Source: Acidimicrobiia bacterium (lineage in GTDB: Bacteria; Actinomycetota; Acidimicrobiia; Spongiisociales; UBA5794). Taken from it: DNA of 64,000 nt. Under the pieces are notes generated by a model, which ran no database searches, had not been told where the DNA came from, and saw nothing but the letters and a program-made list of their open reading frames with translations. Made by a program: the position numbers and the translations under genes. The first letter of the stretch is position 1. Every line of letters starts with the position of its first letter. Below are positions 43,091 through 53,581 of this stretch, one piece after another. The DNA lies in contig JARFRN010000249.1 in assembly GCA_029287195.1 (NCBI GenBank), positions 20,352-84,351 of the forward strand, in the 5' to 3' direction.

Positions 43091-44137
43091 ATGGATCTAG
43101 CCGCCCTTCTCGGAGATCAAGCCGACGATCTTCTCACCTACAAGCCGAAGATCTCGAAGGATCAACTGGCGCTTCCCGGCCCTGATTTCGTAGATCGAGT
43201 CACAGCGAAGAGCGACCGGTCGCCGCAGGTGTTGCGTAGCCTGCAGAGCCTGTATGACCACGGCCGTCTCGGAGGTACCGGCTATGTCTCCATCCTCCCG
43301 GTCGACCAGGGCATCGAACACTCGGCGGCGGCCTCGTTCGCCCCGAATCCGGCCTACTTCGATCCGAAGAACATCGTCGAGTTGGCCATCGAGGGCGGCT
43401 GCAACGCTGTTGCTTCTACTTTCGGAGTGCTGGCAATGGTGTCCCGCAGCTACGCCCACAAGATCCCCTTCATCGTCAAGATCAATCACAATGAGCTGCT
43501 CACCTATCCGGCGACCCACGATCAGGTCATGTACGGCTCGGTCGAGCAAGCCTTCGAGCTGGGGGCAGCCGGCGTAGGAGCCACCATCTACTTCGGTTCC
43601 GACGAATCGATGCGGCAGCTGCAAGAGACTGCCGAGGCGTTCGAGCGGGCTCATCAGCTCGGCATGTTCACGGTATTGTGGTGCTACGTCCGCAACAGCG
43701 CCTTCAAGAAGGACGGCGTGAACTACGAGGGCTCGGCCGACCTCACGGGACAGGCGAACCATCTCGGGTCCACCATTCGGGCCGACATCGTCAAGCAGAA
43801 GCAGCCCGACTGCAACAACGGTTATGGAGTCATAGGCTTCGGGCGGACACATCCGCTGGTTTACGACGAGTTGACCTCCGACCATCCCATTGATCTGACC
43901 CGTTGGCAGGTCGTCAACACCTACATGGGAAGGGTCGGCTTGATCAACTCCGGTGGAGCCTCCGGTGGCGAGAGCGACTTGGCCGATGCCGTGCGCACCG
44001 CGGTCATCAACAAGCGGGCCGGTGGCACCGGCCTCATATCCGGTCGCAAGGCTTTCCAGCGTCCGATGAGCGAGGGCGTCGAGCTACTGAATGCGATCCA
44101 GGATGTCTATCTCGACGAATCGGTGACCATCGCCTAG
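43091..44137 (+). CDS. Class I fructose-bisphosphate aldolase (DhnA/FbaB-type)
   Basis: DhnA-family pattern [10 protein letters not shown]...IVKINHNE...ATIYFGS. The start at 43091 was chosen over the long in-frame upstream extension that overlaps the mutase gene. Confidence 0.75.
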   Translation: MDLAALLGDQADDLLTYKPKISKDQLALPGPDFVDRVTAKSDRSPQVLRSLQSLYDHGRLGGTGYVSILPVDQGIEHSAAASFAPNPAYFDPKNIVELAIEGGCNAVASTFGVLAMVSRSYAHKIPFIVKINHNELLTYPATHDQVMYGSVEQAFELGAAGVGATIYFGSDESMRQLQETAEAFERAHQLGMFTVLWCYVRNSAFKKDGVNYEGSADLTGQANHLGSTIRADIVKQKQPDCNNGYGVIGFGRTHPLVYDELTSDHPIDLTRWQVVNTYMGRVGLINSGGASGGESDLADAVRTAVINKRAGGTGLISGRKAFQRPMSEGVELLNAIQDVYLDESVTIA

Positions 44138-44263
44138 CCGAACCGATGTAGCAAGCAACAGCCCGGCGGACTCTTTGCGACTTCGCTGGGCTGCGGCCGT
44201 CGGTAGCGGCTACAGTCGACCTCACAGCCGTCAAACGAAAAACAAGGCCCTATAGGAGGACCT

Positions 44264-45790
44264 ATGTCTATCGCGCTGCCCGCAGCACGTTCGGTCGCGG
44301 TAAACCCAACTCAGGCCCAGATGCGAGAGTGGGTTCTGGAGCACATGCCGCGCATTACCGAGACCGAATTCGGCAATCTCAATTACAAGGCAGAGGTCAA
44401 GGCCCGGCTTGCTTCCTCCACGTTCTTCATTGCCGAGGAGGAGATCTATCAGAATCGTATGCCGCGCGCCGAGCACGACGAGTGGGCTGCCAGGCAGGAC
44501 GAATACATAGCGGACAAGGACATGATCCTCATCGAGGGATACATCGGCCCCGATCCATCTTTCCAGACGGGCGCCGCCTTGTACATGGAGCGCACCCAGG
44601 CCAACATCCCGGCGATGCAGCAGCAGCTGTATTTCCCCAAGGACGGCAACTGGACTCGTGAGTTCACAGTCATCTACACCCCCGGCTTGCCGGCTCCCGG
44701 CAAGCCAAACGATCGATTGATCCTGGTGGACCTGGAGAACTACGTAACGCGAGTTTTTGGGTCCGACTACTTCGGTGAGTCCAAGATGGGTGGTCTGCGC
44801 ATGTGGAACCATCTCGTATACAAACGGGGTGGTCTCGCATTGCACTCCGGTCTCAAGACGTTTCCAGATGTCAATGGTGAGGAGAAGGTTGCGCTGATTC
44901 TGGGCCTCTCCGGAACCGGCAAGACGACGACGACCTTCCGGCAGCAGCTCGGGTCGCTGCCGGTACAGGACGACTTCAATGCCCTCATGCCGGGTGGTTA
45001 TGTCTACACGACCGAGAACGGCTGCTTTGCCAAGACTTTCGGTCTGGATCCTGACGACGAGCCGACGATCTATGGGGGCACCACCCGGCCCGATGCCTGG
45101 TTGGAGAACACTCACGTCAACCCGGATGGCAGGGTCGACTTCTTCGACGACTCGGATACAGCCAACGGTCGCTCCACTTTTGGCTTGGCCAGTATTCGCC
45201 ATCGCAGCCCGGTAGATGTGCCCCCGGCGAGTTACCTGCTGCTGCTCAACCGCAACGAGAACCTGATTCCGGCGGTTGCCAAGCTGAAGCGGGAGCAGGC
45301 TGCGGCCTATTTCATGCTCGGTGAGACCAAGGGGACTTCGGCGGGCGGCAAGGAAGAGATGGGGAAGAACCTGCGGGTGCCGGGCACAAATCCCTTCTTC
45401 TTCAACAACGATGCCATGCAGGGCAACAGGTTGTTGGAGTTGCTCGAGACCATGCCCGATCTCGAGGTGTATTTGATGAACACCGGTCGCGTTGGGGGCA
45501 CCGACGGAGATGAGCGTTCCAAGAAGGTGAAGATTCGACACAGCTCGGCCGTGGTCGAAGGCATTGTCTCGGGGACGATCGAATGGGAGGAGGACCCCGA
45601 CTTCGGCTATTACGTCGCCAAGTCGCTGCCCGGCTTTCCGGACGAGGAGATCCTCCGTCCCCACAAGCTCTACGAAAGGCAGGGTCGTCTCGACGAGTAT
45701 GCGCTGATCGTGGAGAATCTGAACGACGAGCGGCGGGAATACTTGCGCTCCTACCCGGGTCTCGACGAGAGCATCGTCAACGCGATCTGA
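44264..45790 (+). CDS. pckA: Phosphoenolpyruvate carboxykinase (ATP)
   Basis: Kinase-1a motif LILGLSGTGKTTTT, NGCFAKT, and TFGLASIRHRSP; overall PckA architecture. Confidence 0.9.
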   Translation: MSIALPAARSVAVNPTQAQMREWVLEHMPRITETEFGNLNYKAEVKARLASSTFFIAEEEIYQNRMPRAEHDEWAARQDEYIADKDMILIEGYIGPDPSFQTGAALYMERTQANIPAMQQQLYFPKDGNWTREFTVIYTPGLPAPGKPNDRLILVDLENYVTRVFGSDYFGESKMGGLRMWNHLVYKRGGLALHSGLKTFPDVNGEEKVALILGLSGTGKTTTTFRQQLGSLPVQDDFNALMPGGYVYTTENGCFAKTFGLDPDDEPTIYGGTTRPDAWLENTHVNPDGRVDFFDDSDTANGRSTFGLASIRHRSPVDVPPASYLLLLNRNENLIPAVAKLKREQAAAYFMLGETKGTSAGGKEEMGKNLRVPGTNPFFFNNDAMQGNRLLELLETMPDLEVYLMNTGRVGGTDGDERSKKVKIRHSSAVVEGIVSGTIEWEEDPDFGYYVAKSLPGFPDEEILRPHKLYERQGRLDEYALIVENLNDERREYLRSYPGLDESIVNAI

Positions 45791-46075
45791 TTCTGGTCGA
45801 AACAGAGTTCGTACGAGTCCTCTGTCGGCTTCGCCGGCCCTCTGACGATCGCTCAGGTGTCAGGCCGTCCCGGCCCGGTCGAGAGGCCGGCCTGCCCCTG
45901 TGCCGCCTTGCTGCCGGCCCGCCCCTCGAGATCTTCCCTCGCGACTTCCCCGGTCCCGGGAGCATCCCCATCATCGGGTTCGGCTGTGCTTGGCGGAGGA
46001 AAGCCAGCTCCTTCAACATCCCGTGACCGGACCGGACAAAGCCGGCCCGTTGTCCTAGCTTTGCCGCCGCCGGTA

Positions 46076-47584
46076 TCAGCGGTTGTGCCAGAACTCCGGG
46101 CGTGCCAGCAGCAGTACCGGCAGAATCTCCAGTCGGCCGATGATCATGACCACAGATAGGAGCCACTTTCCCGGGTTGGGTATTGCTGCGTAGGTGAACG
46201 TTGGCCCGACGGATCCAAGGCCGGGCCCAATGTTTCCTAGTGATGCGGCCACGGCCGATGCGGTCGAGACGACATCCATGTCGGCTTTGATCATCGACGA
46301 GATTGCACCGAGCAGTGCCGTCCCCGTCATGAATATGAGCAAATAGAGCACAACGAAGACCCGAATCGAGCGAGCAAGGTCATCGCTGATCGGTTTGCCT
46401 CCGACACGAGCTACAAAGACTCCGCGAGGATGAAGGACACGACGCAGACGGGCACGACCGGAACTCCACAGGATGTCGATTCGGAACACCTTCACCGACC
46501 CCGACGTGGAACCGGCCATGGCACCGATGAACATCAGACCCAGCAGGATCACCTGCAGCGTGGGTATCCATACACCGAAGTCGGCTGTGGCGAAGCCTGT
46601 GGTCGTGATGATCGAAGTCACCGTGAAGACGGCGTCCCGGATGCGGAGGTGGGAAGTCGCGCTCCAGGTGCCCAGGACAACTGCGGCTGCTGCGAGAACA
46701 AGGATGAAGATGAAGAGGCGGAACTCGGAGTTGCGAACGTAGTTCCTTGGCTGTCGTAGGCCGCGGTAGTGGAGCGCAAAGGATGTTCCGCCGATGATCA
46801 TGAATGTGACTACCACCCACTGCGAGTAGGCGGAGAATCCTCCGATAGATTTGGCGCTCGTGCTGAAGCCTCCGCCGGAGATTGTGGCAAAGGAGTGGGC
46901 GATCGAGTCGAACAGGTTCATGTCACCCACGGCGAGTAGCACGGTCTGGGCGAGTGTGAAACCCGCGTAGAGCAGCCAGAGTCGCTTAGCGGTCTCGCTG
47001 AATCGCGGCGTCACGCGCTCCGGGTCGGGGCCGGGCGATTCGGCCTTGGCCAGCATCACCGCACCGACACCTAGTAGAGGTAGCAGCGAAACCGCAAGGA
47101 CGATCACCCCCATTCCGCCCAGCCAGTGCGTCAGTGCCCTCCAGAACAGAACACCGTGCGTAAGCGTTGCCGGGTCTGCAACTACCGATGAGCCGGTGGC
47201 CGTGAAGCCGGAGGCCGACTCGAAGAAAGCGTCGGTTACCGAAGGGATTGAGCCGGTGAGCAGATATGGGAGTGACCCGAACGCCGACATCGCAAACCAG
47301 CTGAGGCCGACGGCGCCAAACGCCTGAACCGTCGAGAGGTTCCTGTGGTCGCGCAGGTGCCACCACAGCGCGCCCCCGATTGTCGCCGTTATGGCAGCTG
47401 CCAGCAGCAGTGCCTCCATCACAGCTGTTTCGCCGTAGATGGCTGCGACCGATGCCGGAGTGAGCATGAAGCCGCCGGTGATCGCTACGACCGCTCCGAC
47501 GACCCGCAATGGGGAACCCCATCTTGCCTGGGACGCAGTATTGCCGTTGCCATTGGTAACACGGGCAGGGCGGAAGTCTCTCAT
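46076..47584 (-). CDS. trkH: TrkH/KtrB-family potassium uptake transporter subunit
   Basis: A 502-aa protein with four repeats of the M1-P-M2 architecture carrying selectivity-filter-like glycine motifs (TATGFA, GTSGSVK etc.). Confidence 0.85.
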   Translation of the reverse strand: MRDFRPARVTNGNGNTASQARWGSPLRVVGAVVAITGGFMLTPASVAAIYGETAVMEALLLAAAITATIGGALWWHLRDHRNLSTVQAFGAVGLSWFAMSAFGSLPYLLTGSIPSVTDAFFESASGFTATGSSVVADPATLTHGVLFWRALTHWLGGMGVIVLAVSLLPLLGVGAVMLAKAESPGPDPERVTPRFSETAKRLWLLYAGFTLAQTVLLAVGDMNLFDSIAHSFATISGGGFSTSAKSIGGFSAYSQWVVVTFMIIGGTSFALHYRGLRQPRNYVRNSEFRLFIFILVLAAAAVVLGTWSATSHLRIRDAVFTVTSIITTTGFATADFGVWIPTLQVILLGLMFIGAMAGSTSGSVKVFRIDILWSSGRARLRRVLHPRGVFVARVGGKPISDDLARSIRVFVVLYLLIFMTGTALLGAISSMIKADMDVVSTASAVAASLGNIGPGLGSVGPTFTYAAIPNPGKWLLSVVMIIGRLEILPVLLLARPEFWHNR

Positions 47585-47610
47585 CGAGTGATGGCAGGCG
47601 ACACCTGCCG

Positions 47611-48018
47611 CTAGCCGTCCTCGCCGGCCATTGCCAGCACGGCTGTGACTTCGGCTTCGAGGCGGGCGAGTTCCTGATATACGTATTCGAGGTCCGGAAA
47701 CCGGCTACTTGACGGCGGGCACTCGAACATGGCGTCCTCGGCAACGGTGAACCATTCGCGAACCACCGGATCGAGGGCAAGGTCAGGAGTGGGGAGCAGT
47801 TCTGCTTGCCCCTCCCGAATGTCTCCCAAGGCGTGACCGCAGAGCTCGTAGTCGGGCGGACTACCAAGCTTGTCCAGAGTCGGGATTGTTCCGATCAGCG
47901 CCTCCCAGTTGGTAGCCCAGTCGGACACATCAGGTCGACCTCCTTCGCCGCAGCCGGCGAATGTGATGATTCCCGCTAACAACAACAGAGCCGGCATTGA
48001 CGTGGCCGGCCGTTTCAT
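47611..48018 (-). CDS. Hypothetical lipoprotein (last gene of the two-component-system operon)
   Basis: Signal and lipobox LLLLAGIITFAGCGEGG. It overlaps the upstream gene by 4 bp. Confidence 0.45.
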   Translation of the reverse strand: MKRPATSMPALLLLAGIITFAGCGEGGRPDVSDWATNWEALIGTIPTLDKLGSPPDYELCGHALGDIREGQAELLPTPDLALDPVVREWFTVAEDAMFECPPSSSRFPDLEYVYQELARLEAEVTAVLAMAGEDG

Positions 48019-48473
48019 GCTGAGCCAACCGGTGTCTTCAGGTACCCGGCATACCGCTCTGTCACGGCGCTCCGCATCTCGATGCTTGGGCGCCAGGGCT
48101 CAGGGGGACTTGCGTTCAGTCGGAGGATCGAGGTGGTGTCCTCTGGTGTTCTGACGTCCGCTTCCCACAAGTGCTTGCTGTCGTGGCAGCGATGTGGCTC
48201 CCCGGTCCATAACTGGATCACCTCGGATTCCTCATCAACGCTGCGTCGGGGATCGATGGTTATCCGGTACCAGACGCCGTCTGGGTTGCGCTCGGCGCCT
48301 TCACACACGAGACGGCCGGTGGCGCACGACTCATCTTCTTCGATCCGGCCTTCCACCCTGGTCATCACCGCACAAAGCGCTCCCTCGGGGAACTCCCGGT
48401 CGAGGATCTCTTGCAGGCGGCGGCGATCCGGATCAGCACCACTTGAACCTGCGGGCTGCTGTTGCTCATTCAT
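48015..48473 (-). CDS. Hypothetical cytoplasmic Cys/His-containing protein
   Basis: A 152-aa protein with good GC3 and no recognisable family; it contains CAVM...CATGRLVCEG...HRCHDSKHLWEADVR. Confidence 0.45.
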   Translation of the reverse strand: MNEQQQPAGSSGADPDRRRLQEILDREFPEGALCAVMTRVEGRIEEDESCATGRLVCEGAERNPDGVWYRITIDPRRSVDEESEVIQLWTGEPHRCHDSKHLWEADVRTPEDTTSILRLNASPPEPWRPSIEMRSAVTERYAGYLKTPVGSA

Positions 48474-48547
48474 CTTGCTGCTCGCTGATTGTCGATACTG
48501 TCAATGGTTCCAGTCTGCAAGAAGCCCGATGAGAGAACGATGAAAGC

Positions 48548-49933
48548 TCAGCCCGGCTGTGCTATCGGCAACGTGACGGTCACCTGGGCCCCGCGGGCAC
48601 CCCGGTTGGTCGCATCGATGGTGCCGTCGTGTGCCGTGACGATGGCCGCTGCGATCGCTAGTCCCAGGCCGCTCCCATTGCCGACGCGCCCGCGCCCGTG
48701 ACCAAATCGTGGGAACGATGAACCGATGTGCGCCTCCGCAAAACCCGGCCCGTCGTCGGTGATGGTGCAAACGGCGCGGCCGTCCTCTTCCGCAAGCGTG
48801 ACGTCGACCCGACGCTCGCAGTGAGTGACCGCATTCTCGATCGCATTGCGGAAGACTCTCTCCAGGGCGTTGTCATCGCCCTGCGCCGCGGCTGAGCCGC
48901 GTACACAAACCTTCACGTCGCGCTGGCCCGGTTCGCGCATGATGGTTGCAGTGGCTCGGCGCGCAATCGCGGCCAGGTCACACGGTCGAAGTCGAGGATA
49001 CGACTCGCGGGCGCGCGCCAAGGTGAGCAAGTCCGCAGCGAGGCGATCCAATCGATCCAGCTCCTCGATGGATGACAGCACTGCGTCGCGGGCGGCGGAG
49101 TCTCCATCGACCTCGTGGAGCAGCAAGTCGAGCTCACCGCGGGCCACCGCGATCGGCGTTCGCAGCTCATGGCTGGCGTCGTCTAGGAATTGACGCTCCC
49201 CTTCGAATGCATCCCGTAGATGATCAAGCAGGTTGTCGAGGCTCACAGCAAGCGAACTGATCTCCACCGTGTCCGGTTCGACCTCCAATCGCCACGGAGC
49301 CTTTCCCTTGGCGACGGCATCAGCCTGGCTTGCCAGCTCATGCACAGGTCGCATGGCGTAGGTGACGGCAAGCCATACCCCCCATCCGATGAGGCCAGCA
49401 AGCAACGGCACTGCCAGCCCGATTATCCATAGTGAGGTCGCCCTGGCGGCTGCCTCCGGTTCCAGCGACGCACCAACGATTCCGATCAGCTCTTCTCCAT
49501 CAATCGTCATGGTGCGCGCCATCACCAGGGCTTGCGCGCTGCTGTCGCTGGGGTCGCTGATCTCCGCCACAAAGTCACCGGGCGCTGCGGTGACCTCGGC
49601 AGGGGACAGCACTGGGCCCAGGCTCGCCAGCTCAGATGAAGCGGCCACCACTTGACCCGTCCGGGTGACAACCTGCACGAAGCGCTCCGGCGTCGGCAGC
49701 ACGACCGGGTCGGGTGCCGAGGATGGGCCTAACGCCGCTAGGTCGAGTTCTGCCTCCAGTGCGCCCAAGTGATCCGAAACGCCGTCTTCGATTGCGTCCT
49801 TGACCTGGCTTTCCCAGTACACGATGCTGGCGATTCCAACGGCAGCGACTACGACGGCGGTCGTAAGCGCCGCCCGCCAGGCAAAACGTGCGCGCAGCGT
49901 TCGCCTAGCTTGGTGTGCCATTGGAATCTGCAT
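48548..49933 (-). CDS. Sensor histidine kinase (second two-component system)
   Basis: TM1, a periplasmic domain, TM2, a HAMP domain, H-box SHELRTPIAVARGELD, N-box NAIENAVTH, and G2 GSGLGLAIAAAIV. It overlaps the response-regulator 3' end. Confidence 0.8.
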   Translation of the reverse strand: MQIPMAHQARRTLRARFAWRAALTTAVVVAAVGIASIVYWESQVKDAIEDGVSDHLGALEAELDLAALGPSSAPDPVVLPTPERFVQVVTRTGQVVAASSELASLGPVLSPAEVTAAPGDFVAEISDPSDSSAQALVMARTMTIDGEELIGIVGASLEPEAAARATSLWIIGLAVPLLAGLIGWGVWLAVTYAMRPVHELASQADAVAKGKAPWRLEVEPDTVEISSLAVSLDNLLDHLRDAFEGERQFLDDASHELRTPIAVARGELDLLLHEVDGDSAARDAVLSSIEELDRLDRLAADLLTLARARESYPRLRPCDLAAIARRATATIMREPGQRDVKVCVRGSAAAQGDDNALERVFRNAIENAVTHCERRVDVTLAEEDGRAVCTITDDGPGFAEAHIGSSFPRFGHGRGRVGNGSGLGLAIAAAIVTAHDGTIDATNRGARGAQVTVTLPIAQPG

Positions 49934-50609
49934 CGTTGAGGCGGTATCCGACGCCGCGCACAGTCTCAATCGACTCGATCCCAAAGGGCCGGTCGATCTT
50001 GGCGCGCAGGTAGCGGATGTAGACATCGATCACATTCGATGTGCCGTCGAATTCGAAGTCCCAGACATGATCCATGATCTCTGTGCGCGTCACCACCTCG
50101 CCTTTGTGGGTCAGGAGGAATTCCAGAAGGGCGAATTCTCTAGGGCTGAGTTCGATAGGGAAATCCCCCCGGCTCACCGAGTGGGCGGCACGGTCGAGCT
50201 GCAGATCGCCACATTGAAGAACGCCCGGGCGCGGCGCCGGCTTGCGACGCAACAAGGCACGGACCCGAGCGTGGAGCTCGTCGAATGCAAAAGGCTTGGT
50301 CAAGTAGTCGTCGGCACCTGCGTCTAGACCTCGTACCCGGTATTCGACCGAATCGCGCACCGTCAGCAACAATATCGGTACCCAATTGCCTTCCTCGCGA
50401 AGCTCTCGGGCCACGGAGAACCCATCGGGTGGTGGAATCCCAACGTCCAGGATCACACAGTCGTAAGGCCACTCCCGGGCGGCCCAGATGGCATCTGCGC
50501 CGTTGGTCACAACGTCGACGGCATAGGCATCACGCTCCAGCCCGCGCTTCAGCAGCGAAGCCATCTTGGGTTCATCTTCGACAATGAGAATACGAATGGC
50601 TACCACCAA
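49905..50609 (-). CDS. OmpR/PhoB-family response regulator (second two-component system)
   Basis: ILIVEDEPKMASLL...CVILDVGIPPPDGF...KPF plus a winged-helix domain (LSPREFALLEFLL...VRGVGYRL). Confidence 0.9.
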   Translation of the reverse strand: MVVAIRILIVEDEPKMASLLKRGLERDAYAVDVVTNGADAIWAAREWPYDCVILDVGIPPPDGFSVARELREEGNWVPILLLTVRDSVEYRVRGLDAGADDYLTKPFAFDELHARVRALLRRKPAPRPGVLQCGDLQLDRAAHSVSRGDFPIELSPREFALLEFLLTHKGEVVTRTEIMDHVWDFEFDGTSNVIDVYIRYLRAKIDRPFGIESIETVRGVGYRLNDADSNGTPS

Positions 50610-51099
50610 CGCTGCGTCTTCATCATGTTCTCACATGCATGAGAGGACGATGAAAGGGAGGGAAGCAGAAGGTGAAGGAGCTCTCTAGCACCGGGTGCAT
50701 TTGCGGAGAGCCGGGGCCGAGATCACCGGCCTCCAGACGCAACCCGACCATGAGAAGCGGCAAGACAAGGAGCCTGCGCGAGGTCGCCGAGGACTTCGAT
50801 CGGGTCCGGCACCAGTTCGAACAGAAGGCGCCGTATCGCAGGAGGAAGTATTGCGCGCCGAGGCTGCCGGCGCACAACTCGAAGCGAGGGAAGCACTGCC
50901 CGAACATAGATGGGAGCGGGGAGTTCGTCTGCGAACGGGGCCGGCGACATCCTCGTCTAGAGCTGTGCAGTGAGCCCTCTCCTGTGACTACCAATGCGGC
51001 GCCGAGGGATGTCAACCAGCCCGGCACCCGGGCGTGATTCACCGTGAATCAATCCCGGGCTTCCGGCGCGGCAGCTGGTTACCTTGCTATCAAGCCCAA

Positions 51100-53529
51100 T
51101 TGCGAACTGCCGATAGCTACGGAGTGAGCGATGAACGTATTCACTTCGCCCAAAGGATCGATGAACGCGCCTTCAGCCGGAGCCGACGGGGGTACGACAA
51201 GGCCGAAGTCAAGTCGTACCTCGAGGATCTGGAGCAGGCCTTCCGCGAGCTCGAAGGCCATTCTCGCCGCCTTTCACAGAAAGTCGCAGAACTCGAACAG
51301 GAAGTCTCCAAGGCGCGCGCCACTGAGAAGGTCTCCGTCGACAACGCCATGATGGCGGTGTTCGACGCCAAGGATCGGATTCTGGAGAGAGCGCGCCGCA
51401 AGGCGGATGCCATCGAGGAAGATGCGCGGCTCGAGGCAGGTCGGATCCGTCAGGCTGCTATCGCAGAGGCCGGCGACGCCGGCGCTAGTGGGGAAATCGC
51501 CGCCGCCCGGGCCCAGGCCAACGAGATCATCGCCGAAGCTCGGCGGGAGGCAGGTCAATTGCGTCAGGAGTCCGCTGCTGCCTCCAACGACGGTGCCGAG
51601 GCAGATCTAGCCGATATGGCCGAGAGGGTGCGCCGAGCACATGACGACAGCACAGTCGCCCGAGCAGAACTGGATGAGGCCCGGAAGCGCATTGCCGAAC
51701 TCGAAAACGTCGCTCCGGGAAGGGAATTCGAGCAGTCGGGGCAGAAGATGGCCGAACTCGAAGAGGCGGCGAGCGCGGCGAGCGCCGACGCGGCTCGTCT
51801 TCAGCAGGATCTCGCCAAGGCACAAGACGATCTGGAGGCGGTACGGCGGGAGGCAGTGGCCGCGGAGACGGCGCGGTCGCGGCTGCAGGACAGCCTCGAA
51901 GCTGCCGTCGCCGAGCTCAACGAGGCAAAGGTCCGCATCAACCAGCTAGCCGATTCCGATCGGCTCCGCCGCGAAGCCGAGAGCCGTCTTGCAGATGCCG
52001 AGACCCGAGCAGCCGAGGCGGCAGCGGCCGCCACTGCATCACAAGCTGAGTCTGCCGCCGGCCAGTCGTTCCGAACCGATCCCGCTGAGACCACGGCGCG
52101 AGACGTGGAACAGGCCGAGTTTGCGGGAACCATGGCAGCGTTCGAGGCCCGCATCCTCGGTACTCTCGCTGCCCGGGAGAATCTCGACCTGATCGCAGAA
52201 ATCTCGCGGGCGGTGGTGGGGGTTCTACCCGAGTTGTCCGTCGGGGCCGAGCACGCTGATGCTCGAGCCGAGGCAGAGCGCATCCTTGTTGCCGCCCGGG
52301 AGGAAGCGGAGGATATCAAGGTCGAGGCGCAGGAACAGGCCGACCAGCGAGCCGCCAAGGTGATAGCTCGGGCGCGACAGGAAGCGGATCAGGTTCGGCA
52401 GACCGTTGCCATGCTGACGGCGCAAGCCGAGGACGCGCGCTCGGCTGCCCTCCGATCCAAGCTCGAAGCCGAAGACCTCGCCGAAGCGCAAAAGGCGATG
52501 AGCGAGGCGCGAAACCAGATCATTGCGACGGCCGAGAGGCGAGCCGAGGAAATAGCTCATGATGCTGAGCGAGCTGCTGCGGACCTGCGCACCGAGGCCG
52601 CAGCCGTGCTCGAAGAGGCGCTCACCGAGGCCGAGCGTATCGTTGCCACTGCGGTCGGACAGGCTGGGGAGAAGAAGGCCGGCGCTGCGTCAGCTGCTGA
52701 AGCCGATGCCGAGCCCGAGCCGGCCTCCGAACTGGAGCTCGAGCAGGAGAGCACTGCAGAGCCGGATTCGCCTGAACCGCAGCAAGCCGGAACCGGAGAT
52801 GAGTTGGCCGGCCTGCCGGCAGATTCGGAGCATGACCTCGCCGCAGACCACAAGGTGCACCGGGAACGTGAAAGGCTTGACGCACCGGAATCCGAGCCGG
52901 CCGCACGGCAATCCGAGCCGGCCGCACAGCAAGCTGAGGCCGTTCCTCCTGCCGCGACACAGGAGGGCGGTGTCGTCGACTCCGCAGTCTTCTTCGGTAC
53001 AGCGGGCGCGGGCGCTGAAGCGGGCGTCCCGGGACCGGAGATAGACGTCGTCGAGCCTCCAGGCGCCGGGGAGACCGAGGATGCTGTAGATGATTTCTCG
53101 CCGGGCGTGGAGCTCGATGACACACTGGACACGCACGACGCTGCGAGTGTCGAGGATCGAGTGGAGGGGGACGACGACGGGCACGAAGAGGATTCCACAC
53201 ATTTGCAGGCGGCACTGGTGGAGGAACCCGGGACCGGAGTTTCGGCCGATGACGCCGTTGCTGAGCCAGACGAAGCGGAATTGGAAACAGCGCTGGTAGC
53301 TGAGGAAGATGTTGCTGACGACCTGTCGGAAGGCCCCGGACCGCGCGTAGCGTGGCCGTCGCCGGTCGATCTGGGTGAGGAACCGGAGGAGGGTTCTGGC
53401 GGGGGTAGCAAGCAGAGCCGCTATCGCAGCCGCTCTGCCCAATTGCCCCGTCTCGGCCGGCAGGCGAAGTCGGACATGACCACGATGGAGAACCTCCGCA
53501 AGAAGAGCCGCAGTAGCGGCGACGACTAG
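51100..53529 (+). CDS. DivIVA-domain coiled-coil protein with a long acidic low-complexity C-terminus
   Basis: The N-terminus FAQRIDERAFSRSRRGYDKAEVKSYLEDLEQAFRELE is a DivIVA domain. It is followed by about 450 aa of Ala/Glu/Arg-rich coiled coil, then a roughly 250-aa stretch rich in D, E, P and G. The start is uncertain (TTG 51100 or GTG 51124). Confidence 0.65.
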   Translation: MRTADSYGVSDERIHFAQRIDERAFSRSRRGYDKAEVKSYLEDLEQAFRELEGHSRRLSQKVAELEQEVSKARATEKVSVDNAMMAVFDAKDRILERARRKADAIEEDARLEAGRIRQAAIAEAGDAGASGEIAAARAQANEIIAEARREAGQLRQESAAASNDGAEADLADMAERVRRAHDDSTVARAELDEARKRIAELENVAPGREFEQSGQKMAELEEAASAASADAARLQQDLAKAQDDLEAVRREAVAAETARSRLQDSLEAAVAELNEAKVRINQLADSDRLRREAESRLADAETRAAEAAAAATASQAESAAGQSFRTDPAETTARDVEQAEFAGTMAAFEARILGTLAARENLDLIAEISRAVVGVLPELSVGAEHADARAEAERILVAAREEAEDIKVEAQEQADQRAAKVIARARQEADQVRQTVAMLTAQAEDARSAALRSKLEAEDLAEAQKAMSEARNQIIATAERRAEEIAHDAERAAADLRTEAAAVLEEALTEAERIVATAVGQAGEKKAGAASAAEADAEPEPASELELEQESTAEPDSPEPQQAGTGDELAGLPADSEHDLAADHKVHRERERLDAPESEPAARQSEPAAQQAEAVPPAATQEGGVVDSAVFFGTAGAGAEAGVPGPEIDVVEPPGAGETEDAVDDFSPGVELDDTLDTHDAASVEDRVEGDDDGHEEDSTHLQAALVEEPGTGVSADDAVAEPDEAELETALVAEEDVADDLSEGPGPRVAWPSPVDLGEEPEEGSGGGSKQSRYRSRSAQLPRLGRQAKSDMTTMENLRKKSRSSGDD

Positions 53530-53581
53530 TACCGGTGTCTGCTGAGCAGACGGGTCTCCCATCTGGTCGTAACATCTCTGC

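Noticed and set aside
50627-50645. Imperfect palindrome TCTCACATG/CATGAGAGA just upstream of the second response-regulator start, considered as an autoregulatory site
   Set aside because: It has one mismatch in 9+9 and I cannot verify whether it recurs elsewhere. It is mentioned only inside the two-component-system finding rather than as a feature.
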